Assembly (NCBI GenBank): GCA_001600695.1
Contig: BCKQ01000012.1
Span: 27,440-91,439, forward strand
Source: Ascoidea asiatica JCM 7603
Taxonomy: Eukaryota; Fungi; Ascomycota
Length of the DNA: 64,000 nt
Direction of reading: 5' to 3'
Shown here: one piece after another, positions 11,567 to 21,829 of the stretch
Layout of the letters: each line of letters begins with the position of its first letter
Position numbering within the stretch: position 1 is the first letter of the stretch
The notes under the pieces: generated by a model
Seen by the model: only the letters and a program-made list of their open reading frames with translations
Told to the model about the DNA's origin: nothing
Databases searched by the model: none
Position numbers and translations under genes: made by a program

Positions 11567-12995
11567 AGAGGTACTAAAAATAAAAAGAGAAAATTAAGAG
11601 TAATTGACATTTTAGGTGATGAAGAAGATTAATTGTCCTATGTACACAAAACTATATAAATATGTCTGTTTTTCTCTACATTGTTTTAATTTTATATAGG
11701 TTTGAAATTATCGAGTTTGATGTTTACTATTTTACATATATTAATTCATAATATTTATTATTAATATATTTATAATATTGACCTCATTTTTCATTATCTT
11801 TGAAATTTTGTAAACTAAAACAACTTAATTTATTCCATTATGTCTCAAGAATCCCGACAATAATACATTCTTGAAGATCGTAATAAAATTTTTAATTTAT
11901 TTGAAACTTCCAAACTATACAATTTTTATTTCACTTTCAATACCAGCCAAACAATGCAGCTGGGAAAAACAAGCTTTTTACCTGTATCTTGCTGCTAAAT
12001 TACTTTTAACCAAACTTTTTGAGGACATCTACTTTTCATAGTTTATCCGGTAAGCCCCTGTAAATATTCGGTCAAATATTATTATTTATCAATAAACATT
12101 TGATAAAATTAACTTAAAAACCTGTTTTTAATGAAATAAATCTTTTATTTTCTTTTTTTTTCAAAGGGTTGAGTAAATATATTTCAAATATTAAAAAATA
12201 ATAAAAATTTAAGATTAAAGTCAATATAAAAACGTGGAAGAATTTAACCCAGATAGTTATCTACAAATATTTATACTCTTAGATAATTGAATAATTTATT
12301 CTAAAAAGCAAAAAAAAAATTCTATTAAAAGAAGGGAACGTCTAAAAGATCGATTACCTAAACTTGTATAAAGATATATTCAATGATTTATATAAATTTT
12401 TCATTATTTTCTTATTACTAAAAGGTCTTTTTTAATATTCCATTGAATTTCATCAAATAATTTTTTCTTTCAAAGTTCTGAGTTGAGCTATTATTCGTTT
12501 GATTTTTTTTTCTATTCCCTAAAAGTTCCTTTTCGAATAGTCAATTTTCATAAAAAAAAATTAGTTTCTTTATCTCAATTATTGCATCAAAGTATAAATA
12601 CACAATCTTACAATCAAGTATACAAAATTTATTAATCGTAAACTAATTTCTTGCGCCAGACTGTAATTAAGTAATAATGTAATCATTGAAAAGATTTTCA
12701 GTATTAAAATGTAAATTATTCTCACCTAAAATGCCTCCTTGAATACTGTAAAACAATATATTTTTAAATCTTATTAGGATTCGAGTTATTTAGGAAAATT
12801 ATTTAATATAATTATTTTCTCTCGGTTTTTCTCTTTTCTTTTTTTTAATTAAATTTTCCTAGATTTATATATTCATTCTCATTTTCATTTTCACCCTCAT
12901 TTTATTTATTGTATTTCAATTAATTTATTCCAACAAAACAAATAACCAAACATACATAAAAACAAATAATCATTATAAAATAATATTCCATTATA

Positions 12996-15075
12996 ATGGC
13001 ATTATCAGTTAATAATTTTTCATTATCATCATAAAAATCATCTTCATTGAAAAATAAATTTTCAATATATTTTTTCATTTCTTTAATAATTTTAATTTTG
13101 TTATTGAATTCTTTTTCAATTATAAGGAAATTAACTGATGATCCAATATCTTCAATACAATTAGATGATTCTGGTAAAAATATTTATGATTCAAAACAAT
13201 CTTATAATTCAAATAATAAACCTAATTATAATAATAATAATAAAAATAATAAAGATAACAATGAAGATTTATCAATAAATTCTGATTTATGGGATTCAAT
13301 ATTTAAAAGGAAGAAATCAAATCCAATTTCTTCATATATTAATTCATATTTAGAGTTTTCACCTTATAATTTCACTTCATATTCAAAAAATATACTCAAT
13401 TCATCTCTTATTAATATTCAAAATGATACACAAATATGTGATTCATTGTATTATAATTCTGAGATTAAAGTTTCAAATAAATTAATACCACTAAATGAAA
13501 AAGATAATAATGAAAATTTGAAAAAATTTATTAATCAAATTTCATTAACTGATTATAATTTAATTTTAAATAATACTTTAGAGAAAAATAATTTGGCTGA
13601 AAATAAATTAACATATTGGAAAGAATTTGCAGGTAGTTCAATTTGGTTATCTCAATACAATTTTCATTTTATGGTGAATAGATTGATTTTTTCAATAAGT
13701 GAAAGAGATGAACCAATTGAAAGTTTTTTAACTGTTGAAATTTATAATAAAAATTTTGTTCAAATTCAAAATTATTTTTCTTTTCAATATGGACCATTCC
13801 AAGATCAATCATTTTCAATAACAGTCCCAACAGTTTTAGATTCAATTTTATTTTATATAAATTTAAATGTTTTAGATTCTGAAATAATTGATAAAACTTT
13901 ACCATATAGATTTTTTGGACCAGAAGATCCAAGAATTTTGTTAAAAAAAAATTATTATTAATTTTATTATCATGATAAATTAGTTAAAGAAGTGATTTAT
14001 GAAGAACCAATAATCATATTTAATATGATGACAGATAATAAATATGAAAATAAAAGATTAATTTATGCATATTTACCATTTCAAGAGAAATTAATTGTTT
14101 TAAGATTACCAGTTTTGAAGAAAACAGAAAAAAACTGGGCACCATTTTTTAATTTTGATTTAGGAATTATAAATAAGATTAATATCTTAGTACCAGATCC
14201 AAGTTTATTAACAACATCAAAAAATCAAAAAAATTTTAAATTTTCAAATGGTTTTATAAATTTTATTTATCAATTAAATCCAATTGAAATTATTAAATGT
14301 AATTTAGATACAGGAGAATGTGATTTTATTTATAATATGAATTCAATTGAAAATCCAAAAAAAAATTATTTCAATAAAGAAATTGAAGCACATTTAAGAG
14401 GTGGAACAAACTTAGTTGAATTACCAAAAAGATATATGAGTAAAATTTATGAAATGATATATTATGAAAAATCAATTGATAATTTAAAATATAAATATTT
14501 TAATGATTATAATATTTGGATTGGAATTCCAAGAAGTAATATTGCACAATGTGGATGTGGTGTAAGAATGTATAGACCTTCATTACTTATATTAACGAAT
14601 TTAAAAGATTCATTAAATTATGAAATTATGAGTGTGAGTAGTAGTCTTGATTTTAATATTGATGTATTAAATTGGGATTTAAATGAAACAAGTCAAAGTT
14701 GTTCAGGTAAAATGAGTGTTTTAATTCCAAATAGTATTGATTATTGGGATCTTGATATTAAAGAAAATAATAAAAATAAATTTGAATATGATGATTATAT
14801 GGGTATAACATTATCTGAGGCAGATTCTAATACAGTTATAATTCATTTAAAAGGATTATTAAAATATATTATTGGATTAGATTTTATTAAATCGGGATAT
14901 GATATGAATGATACTTCGGTATTAGAACCATTTGAAATTTCCAATGAAATGGTTGTTCAATGTGCATTATATGATTCATTTAATTATTGAAGATTATGGT
15001 GAAAAAAATGGACAATCTGAATATTTGAAAACTTTAAAAATTTCTGAAAATGAAGAAAATCATATAGAGGAATGA
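12996..15075 (+). pseudogene. Beta-1,2-mannosyltransferase (BMT family, GT91) pseudogene
   Basis: Type II TM anchor; motifs FAGSSIWL, GPEDPRILL, EPIIIFNM, EKNWAPFF, LRGGTNL, CGCG-x-x-MYRP, IPNSIDYW, DYMGITLSEAD. ATG at 12996 in frame, TAA at 13032-34, TAA at 13959-61 (frame continues FYYHDKLVKEVIYEEP), and a frameshift at ~14988 separating the EDYGEK...HIEE* tail. Confidence 0.9.
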
Positions 15076-15229
15076 TTTATTTTCTTATATTTTTGATTTA
15101 TTTATATTTTTTTATTTTGTTTTCATATAGACTTTTTTAGATTCTTTTTAAAAGTTATTATTTTTTGTAATATATATATTAGTACTTTTTTTATCATTTC
15201 ATTTCATTTCTTTTTTTTTTTCAATAAAA

Positions 15230-16378
15230 TCAAATCCAAATTAAGAAATAAATAATAATTATAAAAAACAAAGAAAATAATGGATTTTTTTTATTTAAAT
15301 AATTTAAATCTTTTATAGAATTTTGAAAATTTGAATAATTTTTACTTATATTATATTTTAAATTTGAAAAAGGTTGAGGAAATAAATTATGATCAATTAA
15401 TTTTTTTAAATCCCATTCAATTGAATTTTCAGTTTTATAACACCAAAATATCCAACCACTTAATTTTTTATAATAATATAATTGAGCTTCAATATATCTT
15501 CTTGTATCAATTTTTTTTTGATTATCCCATTTATCATAATTATTAATATTATTACAAGAACCTATAGAAATATTATTTTTAAAAGAACCATTAAATCTTG
15601 AACCTGTATTTATACCATTTAACCATGGTGTACAATCAGTTAAAGCTGCAGACCATTCACCAATAATATTTAAAATTTTATTATCAATTGATTGATTTAA
15701 AGAAATTGTTGAAAATACAGAATATTTATGATGATCTAAGATTATATTAAAAGTATTTGAATTTGAAGAATATAAATCATTCCAATAACCAATTGATTGA
15801 AATGCATCATGAATTATAAAATTATTTGGAGATAAAATATTTGGAGATCTTAATAAATTATAAGTTCCAAAATAAAAATTTTCAATAGTAGTAATATTTA
15901 ATTTTGAACCTAATGGTTCATTTAAAATTTCTATACTAATAATTGTATTTAAATAAATTGAATTTAAAGTTGAATTTGAATTTAAAGTTGAAATTGGATT
16001 AAAATAAGTATTAAAAATAATTTTTAATACATCAAAAGTTAAATTTATATTTTTTTCATAATTTAACCAATTTAAATTATCTCTTAAACCTGAATTATCA
16101 AAAACATTTTGAGAACCAGGAGCAGAATGTAAATTTAATAAAATTTTTAAATTATTATTATAAGCCCAAATTATAGCATTATTTAAATAAAATTGTTGAC
16201 CTTGAATATAAGGATCATTATTTAATTTTTTAAAAGCCTAATAACCAATTGGAATTCTAATTAAATTAAAACCAAAAAATTTTATTAATTTAAAATCAGA
16301 TTCATTTATAAAAGTTGACCAATGATTATTTAATCTTTTTTTAGATTCTATTGAACCTAAAGTTTTACAATAATTATA
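15230..16378 (-). pseudogene. GH5 exo-1,3-beta-glucanase (EXG family; EXG2-like hydrophobic tail), 5'-truncated; absent from the ORF track
   Basis: Hand translation: YCKTLG...HWSTFI...RIPIGY*AF...LHSAPGSQNVFDNSGLR...IEILNEP...IHDAFQ...DHHKY...IGEWSAALTDCTPWLNG...YIEAQL...GWIFWCYKTE...FPQP...LFSLFFIIIIYFLIWI*. One TAG (16238-40) replaces the conserved Trp; no in-frame ATG; signal peptide and RGVNLGGW N-terminus are missing. Confidence 0.93.
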
Positions 16379-16820
16379 GAAGATTATTTATTTTCAGTGG
16401 CTTATAAAAAGATTAAAAAGTCTAAGCATTTCTTTTGAGCTTTTGAACCAAGAAAATGAATAATGAATAAGAATTTCAACGAATGAAACAAAGCCAATGA
16501 TTTAAAAATAGACATAAACAAATCTTCCAGAAACGAAAGTGAAAGTGAATTGATTTAGATAAAAAGAGTCAAATTGAAAATAACCAAAGAAGATATAAAT
16601 GGAAAATAATAAAAAAGTATTAAAAGTGGTATTAAAAAAGTATATCCACCACTTATTTAAAGATAAACAATCAAATTTAAGGACCCTGATGGCACGTGTA
16701 ATTATATAATCAGGAGAGTAACAGAAAATAATTACGTAACAGCTCGGTGGTTACCGTGCCGACAAAAGTCCGAGATCCGAGAAACCCCCGATAGCCAGTG
16801 GTCGGCTAAAAGCAGGGAAT

Positions 16821-16846
16821 GCGGAATGCGGAATGCGGAACGCGGA
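16821..16846 (+). promoter_or_regulatory. Four CGGA half-sites in 7-bp tandem (GCGGAAT)n; candidate Zn2Cys6 binding array
   Basis: gcggaatgcggaatgcggaacgcgga, ~1.1 kb upstream of a Zn-cluster gene. Confidence 0.4.
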
Positions 16847-17041
16847 TTAAGGAACGGGTGAGGCTAACGGGAGGCAGTGAATGGTTTTGTAGCAGTTTTA
16901 GCTAACAACAGTAGTTAAAGATGTGCTTAACTCCGCTCCCGAAGGGTCTCTTCTGGTCCGTCCCTGAGCCGCCATTAGTCAGCCGCTCGCCGCCGGTGGC
17001 TCTCGCCGCTGCCTGTTGCTTAAGTCCCTAAAACCCAGAGC

Positions 17042-17107
17042 TTGCGTTACTGTTGCGTTAGAGTTGCACTGGTGTTGCGCTGGTGTTGCGCTGGTGTTGC
17101 GTTGCTG
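17042..17107 (+). repeat. 11-bp GC-rich tandem repeat (TTGCGCTGGTG-like) x6
   Basis: ttgcgttactg ttgcgttagag ttgcactggtg ttgcgctggtg ttgcgctggtg ttgcgttgctg. Confidence 0.8.
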
Positions 17108-17865
17108 TTGGCGTTGTAATTTTTCGGTATTGGTTTGAACTCTGCGATTTTTATTTCGTAATTACGTTTTTGAACAGCTGCAACACATTTTTGCGACTGT
17201 TTTCACTTTTTTCACTTTTTTCACTGTTTTCACTTTTTTCACTGAGGAATAATTTTGGAAATGGAATCAAAGCAGTGAGAAGAATGAAAAGAATGAAAAG
17301 AATGAAAATAAAGCATTAAATAGATGATAAAATAGAACAGTGATAATTATCATAATACTAATAATCATAGTAATAATACTGAGAATAATACTCTAAATAC
17401 TGATATTGAATTATGACAATCGATAATAATAAACAATAATATGGCTTTGCCTTTTTATTTAGTCTAAGTTTGTATTATTCCTATTTATTCTTCATATTCA
17501 AATTTATATTCAAATACAATTTAGCTTTTTCATTATTATCTAACTTACATTTTTTACTGATTTCAAATAGATAACAAATCAATAAAACTAATAAAATTAA
17601 TCAAGAAAAGTAAAAAAATAAATAATAAATAATAAATAATAAATAATAAATTTATCAAATATTTTATCATTATTCGATTTTCTTAATCAATAAATCTTTT
17701 ACATTTATTTATATTCAATTATATTCAAATTCAATTCAAATTCATTAATTTATAGACACGTAATTAAAACATCATTATATTATATTATATTATATTATAT
17801 TATATTATTATATTTATTCTTTATTTGCCACCTTTATATTCTTTCTTTTATATCAAATATACTTA

Positions 17866-17902
<37 letters not shown>

Positions 17903-17922
17903 TATTTCAATCTATTTCAAAA

Positions 17923-20900
17923 ATGAATAATGAAGATTTAATTCCAAATTTAAATAATAATCATATCTTAATTCCAGATATTATTAAAATTGAAGATGAA
18001 ATTGAAAATGATAATGAAGAAAGTAGTAATGATGATAATGATAATGATAATGACAATGATAACGACAATTACTCAAGTCCAAATAGTTCTAATCAATCTC
18101 AATCTCGATCACACTCTCAATCTCAATCTCAATTACAATCACAACAAGAATCTCAATCTAATTTACAATCCAATTCTCAATCTCAGTCTCAAATTAATTT
18201 AAATAATAATATTAATAACAATTTAAAACCAAAACGTCAAAGAGTTTCAAAAGCTTGTGATTTATGTAGAAAAAAAAAAATTAAATGTAATGGAAAAATT
18301 CCTTGTAATTGTTGTAAAAATCCATTAAATTGTACTTATTTACATATTAAAAAAAAAAGATCTTCAAATAAAAATTTTAATTTAAATAAATTCATTTCTT
18401 CTTCAACTTCTAAAATTATTAACCTTACTACAACTAATAATATATCCAATAATATTAATACCACTAACAAAAGTAATAATAATAATAATAATAATATTGA
18501 ACTTAATAATAATAGTAATATCTTAGACAATAATATTTTACATTCTAATAATATAAATACTAGTAATAATATTATAAATAAAATATTAACTAAAGATAAT
18601 GAAAATTCATTTTCAAATACTGCAATTAAAAAACTTGAATCAAGATTAAATAAAATGGAAGAATTAATGGAATTATTAGTTAGTAAATTAGGTAATTCTC
18701 AACAACAAATTTCAAATACTTTTAATAATACTTTTAATAATAATAATAATAATAATAATAGTAGTAATAATAATCTTTTATCTCAAAATTTTATACCAAA
18801 TCAATTAAAAAATTTTCAAATTCAAGGAATTGATAAAAATGATATAATAAATGATTTTGATGATCCAATAAATTTTAAAAATTTTAATTATAATAAATCA
18901 AAATCTTCAATTACAAATGATTTTAATGATCCATTTTCTTCATTTTCAATGTTTAGTAAAGATGGTTTAAATTGGGTAATTAAAAAATTATCAAATACTT
19001 TAAATTTAAATATAAATAATGATATTTTTTTTGATAATGTAAATAAAAATAATGAATTATATTCTTTAGTAACTCCATTACTTATTTTACAACATAATAT
19101 TAAAGAAATTTCTAAATTTCAAACTAATAGATATTCAGAACCTGTAATGAAATCTTCATTAACTCCATTACCAAAAAAATCAAAAGTATATTTAATATTA
19201 TATTTATTAAAAAAATCTGCTCATCCTCTTTCTATGATATCTATTGATGAAGTTCAAAAAGTTGCTGAAGATTATTATGATGATTCAAAAAAATTAACTT
19301 CTGATGATTTATTAATGTTAAATGCTTTATTAGCTTTTGCTTCATTAATAATACCTTATTCACCTTTTTTTTCAACAAAAGTTGAATGTAGATTTACTGG
19401 TGAAATTTTTACTATTGATGAATTAAAAGATTTAGAAAATATATTCTTAACAAATTCAATATATTATTTTCAAAGAATTTCATTAGCTGCAAATTCACTT
19501 CGAGGAATTCAAGGTATATTATTATTAACATTATATAATGAATCTTTATTTATTCCAAAAGTTAATTATATGCTTCTTTCCGTTGCTTTAAGATCTGCTC
19601 AAGATATGGGTTTACATAGAATTGAGACATATTCAACTTGGAGTAAAGAAGAAGCTGATAAAACTAAAAGACTTTTTTATACTTGTTATGTAATAGATAA
19701 AAGTTTTTCTTTTAGAGCTTCAAAACCACCAATTATCAATGACTTAGATGTGACTGCATTAAATGATACGTTTTATTATTCCTTTATAGCTAAAACTTTC
19801 AAGGTTAATATTTCTGATATTGTTGGTAATGAAGGTGTTTTTTCAGAAGGTCTTTGTGATGGAAGTAAAGAAAATTTTGAAATTTTATTATCTTGGTTAA
19901 CTTTTTCTTTATCTAAAATAACTGCAAAAGTATATTTTAATCTTTTTTCAGCTTCTGCTCAAAATAATACAAATTTCAAAAGAACAAAAGAAAAAGTTGA
20001 AGAATTGCAATTGGAATTAATTAATTGGAAAAATAAAATACCTTCCAGTCTTAAGCCTGGTGGTAACCTTGATTCTATTGAAAATATTTTTGAAGGAAAA
20101 ATTGACGAAATTGAATTAGGAAAATTAAAATCTGAGGTTTTAGTTTTACATTTTCAATATTTCTTTCATTTATTATCCATTAATAGAATGTCAATAAGAA
20201 TTCCATGGAGTAATTTATCATCCAATTTTGTAACTTCAAAAAGTTCTTTGTCTGTTTGTTTAGAATCTTCTAGAGAAATTTTAAAACTAGCAAAGAATTT
20301 ACCTAAAGCAATGCCTCATCTAATTAATTCTTGTTTAATTTTTCCAATTTCTGCATTCAGTACATTATTTAGCACTTCAATTCAATATCCTATGGCAGAA
20401 AATACTTTCAATGATATAATACTAATGATAGAATCTTATAATGATTTTTTTGGAATTTGTCCAAATAATTTCAATTTTTCATTGATTGATATTATAATAA
20501 AACAGTTAATTATAATTTCCATAAAAATATATGAGAAAAATAGCAATAAAACTGTTAAAGTAACTGGTATTTTCAGTGAATCTAGCACTGTGACTCCGGA
20601 AGCTCTTCAAAATATAATTTCATCAAGAAAAGCTAAGTTAAATATTAAAACATCATCTAAAGAGACTTTTAATGATGATATTTTAAATTTTGGACAAAAT
20701 CAAGGATCTTCATCCTCATTATCAAAATATTCAAATTATGATGAAATACAAAGGGCGTTTTTATCATCTCCTGATGATAATGTTGTAAGTCCAAATACAT
20801 TAAATAGTATAACTGGCCTACTTGACGGGCAAACAATGACTAATTCAATGATGCTTCCTAATAGTAATGCTACCGCAAAGCCTTTAAATTCTTCTGATAT

Positions 20901-21069
20901 TCCATTAAATTATGCTAATCAAAATAACAATGAAAATTCACAATCTATTTTTGATGGTATGATTAATTTCCCTAATTTTACTCCCGAAAAGGAAAGAAAT
21001 TCAGGAGAAAATACAAATTTCACTGATGGTTCAATTCAACCTTCAAATGGTGGGTTTAATTGGTATTAG
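17923..21069 (+). CDS. Zn(II)2Cys6 fungal transcription factor with Fungal_trans middle domain (Hal9/Mrr1-like)
   Basis: RVSKACDLCRKKKIKCNGKIPCNCCKNPLNCTY; dimer coil LESRLNKMEELM; ALRSAQDMGLHR...RLFYTCYVIDK...KPPII. Confidence 0.95.
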   Translation: MNNEDLIPNLNNNHILIPDIIKIEDEIENDNEESSNDDNDNDNDNDNDNYSSPNSSNQSQSRSHSQSQSQLQSQQESQSNLQSNSQSQSQINLNNNINNNLKPKRQRVSKACDLCRKKKIKCNGKIPCNCCKNPLNCTYLHIKKKRSSNKNFNLNKFISSSTSKIINLTTTNNISNNINTTNKSNNNNNNNIELNNNSNILDNNILHSNNINTSNNIINKILTKDNENSFSNTAIKKLESRLNKMEELMELLVSKLGNSQQQISNTFNNTFNNNNNNNNSSNNNLLSQNFIPNQLKNFQIQGIDKNDIINDFDDPINFKNFNYNKSKSSITNDFNDPFSSFSMFSKDGLNWVIKKLSNTLNLNINNDIFFDNVNKNNELYSLVTPLLILQHNIKEISKFQTNRYSEPVMKSSLTPLPKKSKVYLILYLLKKSAHPLSMISIDEVQKVAEDYYDDSKKLTSDDLLMLNALLAFASLIIPYSPFFSTKVECRFTGEIFTIDELKDLENIFLTNSIYYFQRISLAANSLRGIQGILLLTLYNESLFIPKVNYMLLSVALRSAQDMGLHRIETYSTWSKEEADKTKRLFYTCYVIDKSFSFRASKPPIINDLDVTALNDTFYYSFIAKTFKVNISDIVGNEGVFSEGLCDGSKENFEILLSWLTFSLSKITAKVYFNLFSASAQNNTNFKRTKEKVEELQLELINWKNKIPSSLKPGGNLDSIENIFEGKIDEIELGKLKSEVLVLHFQYFFHLLSINRMSIRIPWSNLSSNFVTSKSSLSVCLESSREILKLAKNLPKAMPHLINSCLIFPISAFSTLFSTSIQYPMAENTFNDIILMIESYNDFFGICPNNFNFSLIDIIIKQLIIISIKIYEKNSNKTVKVTGIFSESSTVTPEALQNIISSRKAKLNIKTSSKETFNDDILNFGQNQGSSSSLSKYSNYDEIQRAFLSSPDDNVVSPNTLNSITGLLDGQTMTNSMMLPNSNATAKPLNSSDIPLNYANQNNNENSQSIFDGMINFPNFTPEKERNSGENTNFTDGSIQPSNGGFNWY

Positions 21070-21829
21070 AAAATTAGCCCACTCTTCATTTCTTGCTTTA
21101 CTTTCTTTTAGTTTGTTTCTATATTTTGTTTTTATATTTTACTTTTCTACTTTGTTTTTCTCTTTATTTTCACGACGTTTTAAAACGGTGATTTTCTCTT
21201 GTTTGTTTATTTCTTATATTCAATAATTGTTTACAGGAATTTAAGGAGTCTTTTATTTTCTACAGGATAGTTTCCTTGTTTATAGCGAAATTCACTTGTA
21301 TATATAGTTTTTAATGATATGGCATGTAATACTTAAGTCAACGATCTTTCTTGTTCAATTTGGATGATATTTATTCTGTTCACCAGTTATTTTCATGAAA
21401 TAATTAATTAACAAGAAAATATTATTTTTAATCTAACCTTTTTATCTAGTAATAAATTGAAAGTTTGTATTAAGAACCGGGTTTTATGCTTCAAAGCTAG
21501 CTAATACTTCTTAGCCTTTTCTTACCATGAACTAATGCTTTAACCTTGAGATATTGATCATAATTCTGTTTTATTCCTAGGAAATAAGTTATTCAAACTA
21601 TCTCTAAAGCATTCAGAACCATTTTTGTAACTAATGTGGATATTTTCTTTTTACTGCTTTTCAGTTTTTTTGTTAACAGAAAAAGTAATAGTTGATTTTT
21701 AGTCCAAAGAGTTGAAGAAAATTTTTCATTTTATTGATTGATATATGAAATTATAAAATTTGTAAGATACGGCTAATCAGATAATATAATACAAAAAAAA
21801 AAATGCAGCAATAGTAACAAGAAACTTTT

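Noticed and set aside
12996-16378. Stop-codon reassignment or programmed readthrough explaining the in-frame TAA/TAG in BMT, EXG, VHC1 and ORF 11219
   Set aside because: Intact genes end in TAA, TAG and TGA normally. The same relics also carry frameshifts, truncations and TGA stops, and the stops replace different amino acids (Trp, probably Gln, others).
17042-17107. 11-bp TG-rich repeat as CRISPR or interstitial telomere
   Set aside because: Eukaryotic context with no spacers; units are heterogeneous and the host telomere repeat is unknown, so it cannot be supported.
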